A stretch of 64,000 bases of DNA from Microcoleus sp. Lineage in GTDB: Bacteria > Cyanobacteriota > Cyanobacteriia > Cyanobacteriales > Microcoleaceae. Within the stretch, counting starts at the first letter, position 1. The number at the start of each line of letters is the position of its first letter. The notes under the pieces are model-generated. The model ran no database searches. It was not told where the DNA came from and was given only the letters and a program-made list of their open reading frames with translations. Of the stretch, positions 51,078-61,919 are shown piece after piece. The translations under genes were made by a program, and so were the position numbers. The stretch spans positions 5,472,001 to 5,536,000 of the forward strand of contig CP181291.1 of assembly GCA_052279835.1 (NCBI GenBank), in the 5' to 3' direction.

Positions 51078-51917
51078 TTACCTGGCTCGTTTTTTTAAAT
51101 AACTCTTGATTTTTTTGATCGGGTGCCTTACCCAAGGCTCCCATCTTGCGTACTTGAGCTTTAAATTCAAAAGCCAATCAGAATTATTTTGAATTTTCGC
51201 CAGTTCATCCTTAAACGGCGTTTGAGACAACATCTCCATCCATAATTTATTCGGTTCAGGACTTTCCCAAGGTTTTGGTCGGGATATAAAGTGCATCACT
51301 TTAGTAGAAGTGTCTTCAGTATCAGGATTATTCCAGATCTGATCTAGTTGATACCACCGTCCCGCTAAAACCGAATTTGATGTCCCTTGGTCGCAATCAG
51401 ACCAAAGGTTGACTTTCGCATCAGCAATCATTTTTTCTGACAACTTTTCTTCAAGCCAAAGTTTCATATTGAAAACTAATAAGCCTGCATTGAAATAAGG
51501 GTTTTTATCTTGATCGTTGTTGGGATTACCCCAGACATTGAGCGCTGCGGCGATCGGCATTCCTTGAAAATCTAAATTCCACAGTGGCTCTAAGCTGTCC
51601 AACACAATCATATCACTGTCTAGCCAGATTAGTCTTTCTGTCGCCTTTGTGTATTTTTCCGGCTCCAATCTAGCGTAAGTTAGTTTAGAACCAGAAAGCG
51701 ACAGCAAGTCATTGTAATTATCCTTCACTTCTTGCCATTCAATCTTATATTTGCAGCACTGTTGCAACTTTTCCTGTTGCTCTGTATTAAAACCCGTGGA
51801 GACAACTGTAATGTTAACGGACTGATTGGGGTCTGTGGTAGCATTCAGTTCTATGGATTTTAGTATTGCTGCTATTCCTAAAATGTAATTACGATCGCCA
51901 ACAATGGATAAGTACAT
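51078..51917 (-). CDS. Glycosyltransferase family 8
   Basis: TYARL, WLDSD, YFNAG, DQG, HFISRPKPW. Confidence 0.92.
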   Translation of the reverse strand: MYLSIVGDRNYILGIAAILKSIELNATTDPNQSVNITVVSTGFNTEQQEKLQQCCKYKIEWQEVKDNYNDLLSLSGSKLTYARLEPEKYTKATERLIWLDSDMIVLDSLEPLWNLDFQGMPIAAALNVWGNPNNDQDKNPYFNAGLLVFNMKLWLEEKLSEKMIADAKVNLWSDCDQGTSNSVLAGRWYQLDQIWNNPDTEDTSTKVMHFISRPKPWESPEPNKLWMEMLSQTPFKDELAKIQNNSDWLLNLKLKYARWEPWVRHPIKKIKSYLKKRAR

Positions 51918-52140
51918 TTCACTGATTAATGAAAGGGTCTTAATAAATAAACTACCATAATCTGTGGTAGAATCCAAGTCTATATATTTGACTATTCAGA
52001 AGCGACCCCAGGGGCTGGGATGATAACTGGGTTTCAGCCTTCCCAGAATTGAGCCTGGGAAGGAGGACAGGTTTCCTGTTTTGAGTCTGCTTAGGATGAC
52101 GAACTGTGAGAATCATCAGACTATGGGACAGGTTAATGGC

Positions 52141-53406
52141 TTAAGGCTTGGGTTTCTTCAGGGCATTAATTTTTGCTTTTACGGGGGAAACGCGCCGATA
52201 AAACTTAAACTTATTCAGAGCAGCACTGGCAGATTTAGCCACAAGGCTGTCTGTATCTCGCAAAGCTTTTTGCAAAAGTGGAATCACTTTTTCTGACTTA
52301 ATCGTTCCTAATGCTTCCACCGCAGTCTGACGAACTTCAGGAGCGTAATCTTGAGCTAATTTTCCCAAAGTTTCTATGGCTCGCTGAGAATCTATCCTCA
52401 AAGGATTGGCCGCCGCTATTTTACCCAAACCAGATGCTGCTAATTTTCGCGATTCTGTATCCTGACTTTGAACAATTCCCATCCACTGCGCTAGGGAATA
52501 ATTTGGTGTTTGTCTGACTATTTGAGGCGGTGCTGTAAATTGTGTTTGATTTAACTCTGTTGGCTCTAACTCTGGGAACTGCGAAGGTGGCGCTTCTGTT
52601 GGCTCTAATTCCCGAAACTGTGACGGCGGCACTTCTGTTGGCTCTAACTCCCACAACTGTGACGGCGGCTCTTCTGTTGGTTCTAACTCTCGAAACTGTG
52701 AGGACGGCACTTGTGTTCGATTTAACTGACTTTCATACTGCTCCTGTAAAGACTTGATGGTGGATTGCATCTGGGCTTCGTGAGCTTGTAACTGCTGATT
52801 TACTGCTGCTAATTGACTCTCGTATTCTGCTTGCAAAGAGTGCAATCTTAACTGCATCTCCACTTCGCGGTTTTGATATTCCTCAGCAGTTTCTCTCAAC
52901 CGAGTTTCATGTTGTTGTTGCAGAGCTTGTAGGTTATCATCAATTTGAGCTTGATAGTTGCGATGCAGTTCTTCAGCCAGCTTGATTAATTCTGCTTCAT
53001 GTTTTTGCTGTAATGATTGGATACTTTCTTGCAACTGAGAATCATGATTGCCAGCTAATTCTGCACTTAATGTACGGAGATAATTCTCCTGTTGGCTAGT
53101 AGCTTGTCTGAGCTGATTGTCCCTGTCTTCAATAATTTTTGTGAGCTGATTCTCGTGTTCTGTAGTAACTTGTTTGAGTAAATTTTCGTGTTCTAGAGTA
53201 ACTTGTCTGAGTCGCTCATCCTGTTCTACTTGCAGAGATTGGACTGTTTGCTGAATCCGAGACTGGTGAGCTCTTTCTATTTCCTCAGCAATTTGGCGAG
53301 TTTGCTCTAAGTGTTCTTGTTTTTGCTTGTTTAACCGTTTTTCCACCAAGGAGTAAGCAACTACTATGCCTACTAAAAAACCGACGATCGCTCCTATGAT
53401 AGCCAC
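52141..53406 (-). CDS. Membrane-anchored coiled-coil protein with C-terminal HEAT repeats
   Basis: N-terminal TM segment, Q/E-rich coil, four 13-aa PSQFRELEPTE-type repeats, EVRQTAVEALG. Confidence 0.8.
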   Translation of the reverse strand: MAIIGAIVGFLVGIVVAYSLVEKRLNKQKQEHLEQTRQIAEEIERAHQSRIQQTVQSLQVEQDERLRQVTLEHENLLKQVTTEHENQLTKIIEDRDNQLRQATSQQENYLRTLSAELAGNHDSQLQESIQSLQQKHEAELIKLAEELHRNYQAQIDDNLQALQQQHETRLRETAEEYQNREVEMQLRLHSLQAEYESQLAAVNQQLQAHEAQMQSTIKSLQEQYESQLNRTQVPSSQFRELEPTEEPPSQLWELEPTEVPPSQFRELEPTEAPPSQFPELEPTELNQTQFTAPPQIVRQTPNYSLAQWMGIVQSQDTESRKLAASGLGKIAAANPLRIDSQRAIETLGKLAQDYAPEVRQTAVEALGTIKSEKVIPLLQKALRDTDSLVAKSASAALNKFKFYRRVSPVKAKINALKKPKP

Positions 53407-53451
53407 AACTTAAATACCTCGCGACAAAATAGTTGTACTCGACTTTTATAT

Positions 53452-53988
53452 TTAACCATATAGCCTCCTGTAACCGCCCAATAGCAGCAGCCAGACTGTC
53501 ACCGCCAGCCAGTGAATCAGCACAGCCGGCCATACTGAGCCACTTTGGAGGTATGCAATGCTACACGCGACCCCCAAAACTGCCGCCAGTAGCAAAAACA
53601 CTGGATTGAGAAAGGTCGATCGCCCCACAGGGTAAAAAGTCAGCCCGTTGAGCGGATGGTAGACTATAAACAGCGCCAAACTCAGACTTACCCAAAACCC
53701 TAGCGTTAACCCAGAAGCATTTTCCTGCTTGTGGGGTAGCATTAAAACGCGGAACCAGATTTCCTCGCTGATGCCAGGACTGAACAAACAGCCCACTGTT
53801 ACCCCAATAATTGTACGCCTTCTTGTTTGCCGATCTACTTTCAGAAATCCTGACCAAAAACCAATGGGAAGCGCGATCGCACTATAAGCCATCAGCAGCA
53901 GCAAAGTAATCAGCCAATCAGTGCGATCGGGCATAGTTGAAACAGCCATGGTGACTCGATGTGCAAGTAGTGCTAAGTAATTAGTCAT
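53452..53988 (-). CDS. CPBP (Abi/CAAX) intramembrane metalloprotease
   Basis: EEIWFR, F...HP, HW motifs. Confidence 0.88.
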   Translation of the reverse strand: MTNYLALLAHRVTMAVSTMPDRTDWLITLLLLMAYSAIALPIGFWSGFLKVDRQTRRRTIIGVTVGCLFSPGISEEIWFRVLMLPHKQENASGLTLGFWVSLSLALFIVYHPLNGLTFYPVGRSTFLNPVFLLLAAVLGVACSIAYLQSGSVWPAVLIHWLAVTVWLLLLGGYRRLYG

Positions 53989-54191
53989 TGGTTATTGGTT
54001 ATTGGTTATTGGTTATTGGTTATTGGTTATTGGTTATTGGTTATTGGTTATAAATATTCTTCCTTCTTATTTCCCCCCTTGGGGGGGGCAGGGGGGGGTT
54101 CTTCTTCCTTCTTCCTTCTTCCTTCTTCCTTCTTCCTTCTTCCTTCTTCCTTCTTCCTTCTTCCTTCTTCCTTCTTCCTTCTTCTTCTTCC
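53987..54191. repeat. STRR arrays (TTGGTTA)n and (TTCTTCC/CCTTCTT)n flanking a C/G palindrome
   Basis: Read directly. Confidence 0.9.
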
Positions 54192-54850
54192 TAGTTGTTA
54201 ATTGCGTTACTGCTTAATTTTTTTAGTCGATCGAACAAATCGGCAACTTTTGTCAAATCTTTATCTCCGGGGGCGATTTCTACGCCACTCGAAAGGTCAA
54301 TACCGCTAAAATTATTACCTGCAAAACTGCCGATCGCATTTAATACATTATCCGGCCTCAAACCCCCAGCCAGCAACCAAGGACAACTTGGTCGAAACTC
54401 TGCTAACATTTTCCAGTCGAGGGTTTTGCCAGTACCGCCTAGTTGGTCGGGATGGTAAGCATCCAGCAGTAAAGTATCCACATGAATAGCATACATATTC
54501 GCCATCTCTAAAGTTTCAGGAGTCTTAACTCTCAGGGCTTTGATAATTTCAATTTTCGGTAATAATTCCCGCAGTCGATCGCCATATTCCGCTGTTTCAT
54601 CTCCGTGTAACTGCACCCCTGTTAAATTAGATTTAACAACTACTTGACAGATATTTTCAATTGTGCTATTGGCAAATACACCGATGCGATCGACTGTTGC
54701 GGGCAAGTGCTCAACAATTAGACGAATAGTTTCGGGGTTGACATAGCGGGGGGAAGCGGGAACGCAAATAAACCCCAAAGCCTGGGCTCCCAAACCGGCG
54801 ATCGTCATACCCTGCTCTACTTTCGTGATTCCGCAAATTTTCACCCGCAT
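54191..54850 (-). CDS. trpF: Phosphoribosylanthranilate isomerase
   Basis: [30 protein letters not shown]. Confidence 0.96.
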   Translation of the reverse strand: MRVKICGITKVEQGMTIAGLGAQALGFICVPASPRYVNPETIRLIVEHLPATVDRIGVFANSTIENICQVVVKSNLTGVQLHGDETAEYGDRLRELLPKIEIIKALRVKTPETLEMANMYAIHVDTLLLDAYHPDQLGGTGKTLDWKMLAEFRPSCPWLLAGGLRPDNVLNAIGSFAGNNFSGIDLSSGVEIAPGDKDLTKVADLFDRLKKLSSNAINN

Positions 54851-54984
54851 CAGCCCTTCTCCCTTGCCAATTTGTATCAAAATATCAATCAATTGTTAAC
54901 TATTAAAACAAATCTTAGTTTAAGCCAAAACACTTTTTATAATTTGATAGCTGAATTTATCTGTGAGACCGGGAGCATAATAAC

Positions 54985-55269
54985 GTGATTTACTCATCTT
55001 TGCTGTTAGTAGCACAATCGACCATTCCCTCAACACCGGAGTGGTCCCCAATGGTAGCACTGACAATGATCTTGTGCAACTTACTGGCGATCGCGATCGG
55101 CTACTACGGCATAAACAAACAAAACCGAGGCAAAGGCCCAGCTTTACCCCTTGTCATGCCTGGAATGTTCAAAGGCTTCGGCATACCAGAATTGTTAGCA
55201 ACAACCAGCCTCGGCCACTTAATCGGAGCAGGAGTAATCTTGGGCTTAGGAAACGCCGGAGTTCTCTAA
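54985..55269 (+). CDS. psaK: Photosystem I subunit PsaK
   Basis: WSP..AL.MI.CN, ELLATTSLGHLIGAGVILGL. Confidence 0.93.
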   Translation: MIYSSLLLVAQSTIPSTPEWSPMVALTMILCNLLAIAIGYYGINKQNRGKGPALPLVMPGMFKGFGIPELLATTSLGHLIGAGVILGLGNAGVL

Positions 55270-55341
55270 AAAAAAGGGAAAGGGGAACGGAGGATATAAT
55301 AATAGAAACTCTTCCTTATTCTCCTTTCCCAGGAAAACTTC

Positions 55342-56538
55342 ATGCAGACAGGTTGGCGAGTCGGCTCCTTATTTGGCATCCCGCTGTTTTTAGATTACTC
55401 GTGGTTTATCATCTTAGCCCTAGCAACCCGCGCCTATGCTAGCAGTTACAGTGTGTGGGGGCCAGCGCTGGCATGGAGTGCCGGATTAGCGGTAGCTTTG
55501 ATGCTGTTTGGTTCCGTACTGCTGCACGAATTGGGACACAGCTTGGCGGCCATGTCCCAAGGTATTAAAGTTAATTCTATTACCCTATTCTTATTTGGTG
55601 GAGTTGCCTCCATCGACTCAGAATCAAAAACTCCCGCTCAAGCTTTTCAAGTAGCCATCGCCGGCCCTCTCGTCAGCTTCGGACTGTTTTTAATCCTCGG
55701 TTTAGGCTCTCAAGTTCTACCACAAACAAATTTGTTAGCAATAGTCACTGAAAGGGTAGCAGAAATCAATCTAGTTTTGGGATTATTTAACTTAATTCCG
55801 GGTTTGCCACTAGACGGAGGACAGGTTTTAAAAGCAGCAATTTGGCAAATCACTGGTTCTCGATTTACTGGTGTTCGCTGGGCGGCAAAAATCGGACAAA
55901 TTTTAGGTTGGTTAGCCGTGGCTTTTGGGCTAACTTTATGCTTCCTAGCACGGGAGTACGGCGGCTTGTGGATTGCACTAATCGGCGGGTTTGCCATCCG
56001 TAATGCGAAGGCTTACAGCCGTTTTGTTGCCTTGCAAGAAGCCTTGGTAAAAACTAAAGCGGCTGAGGTTATGAGTCATGAATTTCGAGTAGTTGATGCA
56101 AATTCAACCTTGCGAGAATTTGCCGATCGATATTTGTTAGAAGTAAATCCATTGCCATTTTACGTTGCAGCAGCCAATGGACGGGATTTAGGTTTAGTGT
56201 CGATCGACGATATCCGCTTCACAGAACGCACTCAGTGGCAAATTCAGACTCTGCACAACATTTTGAAACCCCTGGAAAAAAACCCCACAGTCTCCGAAAA
56301 GGCATCCCTAGCCGAAGTAATTAACACTATGGAATTCCGTCAACTGCCCCGAATCATCGTCCTCTCACCCATCGGTTCAGTAGTGGGGACGATCGATCGC
56401 GGTGACGTGATGAAAGTTTTGGCAAAACACCTCAAACCCAGCATTTCCGACACCGAAATCAAGCGCTGCAAAGCCGAAAATAGCTATCCCCAGGGATTGC
56501 AATTAAGTGCGATCGCCAAAACCGCACAAGACAACTAA
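55342..56538 (+). CDS. Site-2 (M50) protease with CBS domains
   Basis: HELGH, FNLIPGLPLDGG, C-terminal CBS. Confidence 0.93.
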   Translation: MQTGWRVGSLFGIPLFLDYSWFIILALATRAYASSYSVWGPALAWSAGLAVALMLFGSVLLHELGHSLAAMSQGIKVNSITLFLFGGVASIDSESKTPAQAFQVAIAGPLVSFGLFLILGLGSQVLPQTNLLAIVTERVAEINLVLGLFNLIPGLPLDGGQVLKAAIWQITGSRFTGVRWAAKIGQILGWLAVAFGLTLCFLAREYGGLWIALIGGFAIRNAKAYSRFVALQEALVKTKAAEVMSHEFRVVDANSTLREFADRYLLEVNPLPFYVAAANGRDLGLVSIDDIRFTERTQWQIQTLHNILKPLEKNPTVSEKASLAEVINTMEFRQLPRIIVLSPIGSVVGTIDRGDVMKVLAKHLKPSISDTEIKRCKAENSYPQGLQLSAIAKTAQDN

Positions 56539-56617
56539 AAATTGGGCATTAATCAGGGGCATTTATGAAAAATCAAGATGTGGTGCAATTTTTCAAGGAG
56601 AGTTGAAAAAAAAGATT

Positions 56618-58573
56618 ATGCCCCAAATTTTGCAGCAATTTCATCATCAGTTGAAGCAGAGAGATTGGAGTTGGAAAAAGTTAACTAATTCCTGCTCCTT
56701 CGCTGACTTCAAACCTCTGATTATTACCTGCATAGCCGTTACAGCAAGCCTAGGGGCAATCAGGCAATTAGGTTGGTTACAGCCATGGGAATTAAATGCT
56801 TTCGACCTCATGGTTCAGTTGCGTCCTGATGCAGGTGTTGACTCCCGGTTGCTGGTAGTAAAAATCACAGAACAAGACATTAATAATATTGGCAAATGGC
56901 CTATTACAGATCGCACTTTAGCCAAAGCGATCGCCGAAATTAGCCGTTTTGAACCTACAGCTATTGGCATAGATCTAATTCGCAATACTCCCTACGAACC
57001 CGGAAATGCCGAATTAGCAACTCAACTGAAAAACCCGAAATTAATCCCCATTACCTTCATAGGTAACTCCAAGTACGATCGAGCGCCACCACCTCCTAAC
57101 ATACCAGAAGATCGGGTAGGGTTTAATGATTTAGTCATCGATCCAGATGGTAGAGTGCGTCGTAATTTGATGTTTGCTGGGGATGGTGAAAAGACACTAA
57201 ATTCATTGTCAATGCAGCTAGCCTTTGCTTATTTTAAAAGTAAAAAAATTGAGGGTAAACTCACCGAAAAAAATGAAATTCAGGTTGGTAAAACAGTATT
57301 TTCCCAGTTGCGTTCGGACTCAGGAGGTTATCATAACATTGATGCCCAAGGCTATCAAGTCATACTCAATTATCGCTCTGCTGAAAAGATAGCAAATACC
57401 GTGACACTAACTGAGGTATTGGCAGGAAAAGTTGACCCCAAATTAGTGACAGGTAAAATAGTCCTCATCGGCGTGACAGCCTTAACCGTAAAAGATATCT
57501 TTTACACTCCTTACAGCGCTACTGCCAGTGGAAATCGCCGGATGCCAGGGGTATTAATTCATGCCACGGCGACTAGCCAAATACTCAGTGCAGTTTTAGA
57601 CGGTAAAGGGCTATTTTGGTATTGGGATGAATGGCAAGAAATATGCTGGATTGTGGGTTGGGGGGCTGTTGGTGCCTGTTTAGCTTGGCGGCTGGAAAAT
57701 TCCCTGAGTTTGATGGGAAGCGCGATCGCAGCTTGTGGCTCGTTATTCGGATTCACATTTTGGCTATTTATGCAACAGGGATGGATACCTCTAGTGACGC
57801 CTAGTCTGGCACTTTTAATCAGCGCAGGAGTCATAGTCACCTATAAGTACGAGCAGTCGAAGCAACAGCAAGGGATTGTCATGAAATTATTAGGACAACA
57901 AACTTCACCTGCGATCGCCAATGCTCTGTGGAAAGAGCGCGTCCATTTACTCGAATCTGGTTTATTACCAGGCCAAAAAGTTATTGCTACTATCATCCTC
58001 ACCGACTTACAGGGTTTTAGTACAATCTCGGAAAAACTACCACCAGAAGTGGTAATGAGTTGGTTAAATGAGTATTTATCCGCGATGGCTCAAGAAGTCC
58101 AAGCACATCAAGGTGTGATTAATAAATTTACCGGAGATGGAATGCTGGCAGTATTTGGTGTACCGATTCCCCGCACAACTCCCGAAGAAATTGCCAAAGA
58201 TGCTAGCCTCGCCGTCTCTTGCGCCCTAGCCATCAGTTCTCGTTTACCACAAATGAATCAAAATTGGCTTGATCGGGGTTTACCGTCGGCAAAAATGCGA
58301 GTAGGCATCTTTACAGGACCTGTGATGGTCGGTAGTTTGGGAGGTACAACCCGTTTAGAATATGGAGTGATCGGCGACAGCGTAAATATTGCCTCTCGGC
58401 TGGAAAGTTGTGAAAAGGATCGACAAGAAGACACTTGCCGAATATTGATTGCAGAAGAAACCTTGCTGCATCTGGCAGATAAATTTGAAGTAGAATCTTG
58501 GGGACCATTACCTTTGAAAGGTAGGGAACAAAAAGTTAATGTATACCGAGTTTTGGGAACAAAGAACAAATAA
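56618..58573 (+). CDS. CHASE2-domain adenylate/guanylate cyclase
   Basis: CHASE2 (D.DG.VRR, MPGV.IHA), three TM segments, TDLQGFS, KFTGDG, GDSVNIASRLE. Confidence 0.93.
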   Translation: MPQILQQFHHQLKQRDWSWKKLTNSCSFADFKPLIITCIAVTASLGAIRQLGWLQPWELNAFDLMVQLRPDAGVDSRLLVVKITEQDINNIGKWPITDRTLAKAIAEISRFEPTAIGIDLIRNTPYEPGNAELATQLKNPKLIPITFIGNSKYDRAPPPPNIPEDRVGFNDLVIDPDGRVRRNLMFAGDGEKTLNSLSMQLAFAYFKSKKIEGKLTEKNEIQVGKTVFSQLRSDSGGYHNIDAQGYQVILNYRSAEKIANTVTLTEVLAGKVDPKLVTGKIVLIGVTALTVKDIFYTPYSATASGNRRMPGVLIHATATSQILSAVLDGKGLFWYWDEWQEICWIVGWGAVGACLAWRLENSLSLMGSAIAACGSLFGFTFWLFMQQGWIPLVTPSLALLISAGVIVTYKYEQSKQQQGIVMKLLGQQTSPAIANALWKERVHLLESGLLPGQKVIATIILTDLQGFSTISEKLPPEVVMSWLNEYLSAMAQEVQAHQGVINKFTGDGMLAVFGVPIPRTTPEEIAKDASLAVSCALAISSRLPQMNQNWLDRGLPSAKMRVGIFTGPVMVGSLGGTTRLEYGVIGDSVNIASRLESCEKDRQEDTCRILIAEETLLHLADKFEVESWGPLPLKGREQKVNVYRVLGTKNK

Positions 58574-58600
58574 AAGGACAGCATCTATCCCTAAAAAATC

Positions 58601-59461
58601 ATGAATCAAATGAAAAGATTTACTAAGTTTTTTTTCAATCTCACATCCGTTAGCTCCATGCTATTGATAGCCACACTTGATGTTTCCCAATTCGCAGTGA
58701 TGGGGCAGGTATCTCCAAAGATAAATGGGAAACCAGGGACTGAACCGGGAGGGCCACGCTTGGCTCCGCCCACTCCAGGGAAACCAGGGACTGAACCGGG
58801 AGGACCGCGGTTCGTTCAACCTACTGACGATGCGGTATCCGGCGATGCACCCAGAGTAACGCGCGCAGCAGCTTCATGTGTCAAGGGTAAGATAGACCTC
58901 ACTGCCTTAGTACCAGAAAATAAAATCGCACGAACTGTCTCAGAATATCCTGTATTCTTTTTCTACTTACCTCAAACAGATGCACCACAAGCCGAGTTTG
59001 TCCTGCAAGATGAAAACGGGAAACAGATTTATCAAACTACCCTAAAAATCAACAATTCATCAGGGGTAACAGGTGTGAGCATTCCCACCAATCGCAATAT
59101 GTCGCCCTTGCAAGTAGGCAAAAATTACCGTTGGTTTGTGGCATTGATTTGCGACGCTCAAGACAGATCTGCTGATATATCCGAAACAGGTATTGTGCGT
59201 CGAGTTGAACTCAGTGCAGATATCCGCAGTAAGTTAGAGAAGGCTGATGTGCGGGAAAAAACCTTTATTTATGCTCAGAATGGGATTTGGCAAGATGCCC
59301 TGAGCACTTTAGCAGCCGCTCGGCTTGCTAATCCCAATGATGCAAAACTAACTGCGGATTGGGCCAGCTTGTTAGATTCAGTAAAATTGGGCGAAATTGC
59401 CACAGAGCCGATCGTGCAAATCTCTCCAGAGCCTAGCGCTCCAATGGAGCCACAGCCATAG
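58601..59461 (+). CDS. DUF928-domain protein
   Basis: LTALVP, P.FFFYLP, Y.W...LIC, GIWQDAL; usual partner of CHASE2 genes. Confidence 0.88.
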   Translation: MNQMKRFTKFFFNLTSVSSMLLIATLDVSQFAVMGQVSPKINGKPGTEPGGPRLAPPTPGKPGTEPGGPRFVQPTDDAVSGDAPRVTRAAASCVKGKIDLTALVPENKIARTVSEYPVFFFYLPQTDAPQAEFVLQDENGKQIYQTTLKINNSSGVTGVSIPTNRNMSPLQVGKNYRWFVALICDAQDRSADISETGIVRRVELSADIRSKLEKADVREKTFIYAQNGIWQDALSTLAAARLANPNDAKLTADWASLLDSVKLGEIATEPIVQISPEPSAPMEPQP

Positions 59462-59692
59462 TTTATTGTCCACGGGTGCATCTGTGTTTTGCAAATATAT
59501 TCGTATGGGCTATAGCATGACCGCTGTAAATCTCTGCTTATCACTAATAAATTGTCTGCGGTCATGCTTCGCCTATGCAAAATCGGGATGCTCCCTATGT
59601 CCAATCAGCGGAGTCGAAGTGCTGAGCGGAGTCGAAGTGGACAGTTCGACTACGCTCAACGATCGCAAAATTCCTAACAATCTGGGTGGTTG

Positions 59693-60436
59693 CTATAACA
59701 GTGCAACCGGAATCGATCTAATTTCCAACCATTCCCGTTCAGAAAGTGGTTGCACTTCCAAATGTATTTCAAAACAACGACAAGCAGCCACTTTCAAAGC
59801 TTCAATAACAGTTTCCATCAAATCATTTCCCTCTTGAGCTAGAGGTAATTTCATGGTAATTAATTCTTCTCCAAAAACTTGATAAAACAAATCCAAATCC
59901 GGCTGTAAACGCATAGAACCGTGTTGCAAAATAGCATCGCCCCTGCGTAATTGGGCGCTACCAATTAACTTATAGCCATCAGGTGTAACTAAATCTGCAC
60001 CCGTCGCAGTTCCAAAACAATTAGGATTGTGAATGTAATTTCGTCCGGCTTCCCCGTAGTGCAAATCCACACCCATCGCCTTCCAACCTTCAATCAAAAA
60101 CTGGCAGATATCCTGATAAGCTTGGAGACGACTCCCCGCCAGTCCCGACACCACCACCGCATAAGTTAAATCTCCCTGGTGCAGCACAGCCCGCCCGCCA
60201 CTTGGTCTGCGTACTAAGTCTACAGACATTCCGCGCCAAGATAGCTCCTCCCAAAAGTCTGGCCATCGGCGTTGGTGATAGCCCAAAGAAATTGTCGCTG
60301 GTGCCCAAGTATAAAATCGTAGAGTTGGCGGAATTTTGCCCGCCAGATGCTGTTCCAGGAGCCATTGGTCGATCGCCATCTGCACCGTACCAGAAGCTTG
60401 CAGCAGCGGAATTAAACGCCAAACAGAATTAGTCAT
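59693..60436 (-). CDS. Lipoate-protein ligase family protein
   Basis: QMAID, RRPSGGRAVLH, KLIGSAQ, LQHGS. Confidence 0.92.
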   Translation of the reverse strand: MTNSVWRLIPLLQASGTVQMAIDQWLLEQHLAGKIPPTLRFYTWAPATISLGYHQRRWPDFWEELSWRGMSVDLVRRPSGGRAVLHQGDLTYAVVVSGLAGSRLQAYQDICQFLIEGWKAMGVDLHYGEAGRNYIHNPNCFGTATGADLVTPDGYKLIGSAQLRRGDAILQHGSMRLQPDLDLFYQVFGEELITMKLPLAQEGNDLMETVIEALKVAACRCFEIHLEVQPLSEREWLEIRSIPVALL

Positions 60437-60580
60437 CGGTCTCCAGTCCTCAGTTTGGGTTCTATAATGGACAGGATGTTTTAAAATTGGTAATAGTCAT
60501 GGGAATCTGTGAAAGTAAGTTTGTGTAAATTTCACCGATCCAATGCTGTAGCAATAAATAGGCAAAATAATTCTTTAACC

Positions 60581-60907
60581 ATGAGCAACAGTGTAATTGT
60601 CATTAGCGACGAAAAGTTTGAAACGGAAGTCCTGAAAGCAGAGCAGCCAGTGCTTGCCTATTTTTGGGCTGCTTGGTGTGGCCCTTGCAAACTGGTATCG
60701 CCTTCGATAGACTGGATCGCAGCAAATTACAGCGATCGGCTGAAAGTGGTTAAAATGGAAATTGACCCGAATCCAGCTACTGTCAAACAGTATAAAGTAG
60801 AAGGAGTCCCTGCTATCAGGCTGTTTAAAAATTCTGAATTAGTGATGTCTCACGAGGGAGCTATTACTAAACAAAAATTGACAGGTTTGTTGGACGCTAA
60901 TTTATAA
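60581..60907 (+). CDS. Thioredoxin family protein
   Basis: FWAAWCGPC. Confidence 0.9.
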   Translation: MSNSVIVISDEKFETEVLKAEQPVLAYFWAAWCGPCKLVSPSIDWIAANYSDRLKVVKMEIDPNPATVKQYKVEGVPAIRLFKNSELVMSHEGAITKQKLTGLLDANL

Positions 60908-61175
60908 AGTTTTGAATGTTGAGAGATTTGTCCTTGGATGGCGGCGGGTTTATGAGATGGTCTGTTTTAGGCAATTATTATTGGTAAAACCCGCTCTACC
61001 CAAGGCAATATACTCGTTGATGAACTCAGTAAATATCCGATTTAACACAAGTTGTCTAGGAGCTAAAAAAACATTTTATGGCTTGTTTAAAGCCTTTTAG
61101 ATGACAATATTTTTGTAAGTTTAGAAAAACTTATACAAACCTCTAGCCACGGCGCGATCGCACTTCTAAAATCTT

Positions 61176-61826
61176 ATGGTAACACTTCAGCTCAGACAGC
61201 TCGATATTCCCCTAGGACAGCGAGTGCTGCTACACGATGTTAGTTGGTCAGAATTTGAAGCAATTTTAGTAGAAATGGGCGAAGCTCGATCCGCGCGCTT
61301 AGCTTATAGCCAAGGAACATTGGAGATTCGGATGCCTTTACCAGAACATGAGGTAGATAAAGAACTAATTGGTGATATGGTGAAAATATTGCTAGAAGAA
61401 TTAGAAATAGATTGCGAGTGCTTTGGTTCCACGACTTTTAAACGAGAAACCCAAAAAAGCGGTGTGGAACCAGATCAGTGTTTCTATATTGAAAACCATC
61501 AGCAAATGAGAGGGAAACGGCGGGTGGATTTAACAGTAGATCCTCCTCCTGATTTGGCAATTGAAATCGATGTCACTTCCAAAACGCAATTGGATGCTTA
61601 TCAAGCTTTACAAGTTCCTGAACTGTGGCGGTATGAAAATAATCAATTGCAAATTAATGTACTGCAAGATGGGAGATATGTTGCATTCCCAAGTAGCCCA
61701 ATTTTTCCAGGATTACCAATTGTTGAAATGATAGCCGAGTTTGTAGCTCAAAGTACAATTATAGGCAGAAGCGCGAGTTTAAGAAATTTTCGCGATCGCA
61801 TTAGGCGGTTGGAAAAAATGTTGTAG
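61176..61826 (+). CDS. Uma2 family (putative restriction) endonuclease
   Basis: EPDQCFY, PPPDLAIEID, VPELWRY. Confidence 0.92.
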   Translation: MVTLQLRQLDIPLGQRVLLHDVSWSEFEAILVEMGEARSARLAYSQGTLEIRMPLPEHEVDKELIGDMVKILLEELEIDCECFGSTTFKRETQKSGVEPDQCFYIENHQQMRGKRRVDLTVDPPPDLAIEIDVTSKTQLDAYQALQVPELWRYENNQLQINVLQDGRYVAFPSSPIFPGLPIVEMIAEFVAQSTIIGRSASLRNFRDRIRRLEKML

Positions 61827-61919
61827 AGGTAGGTTTCACAAACCATTAATTTGGGAAACAAACCATATAGTAAACTTGCATCTACAGGAACTAAAATTAC
61901 AAAATTAATTGATAAAACT

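Noticed and set aside
53995..54217. ORFs of VIGYWLL / SSFFLLP repeats (also 63431-63710)
   Set aside because: Translations of non-coding heptamer STRR arrays.
59397..59837. 146-aa ORF between the DUF928 and lipoate ligase genes
   Set aside because: It overlaps both neighbours and includes an agcggagtcgaagtg / ttcgactacgct repeat; likely spurious.
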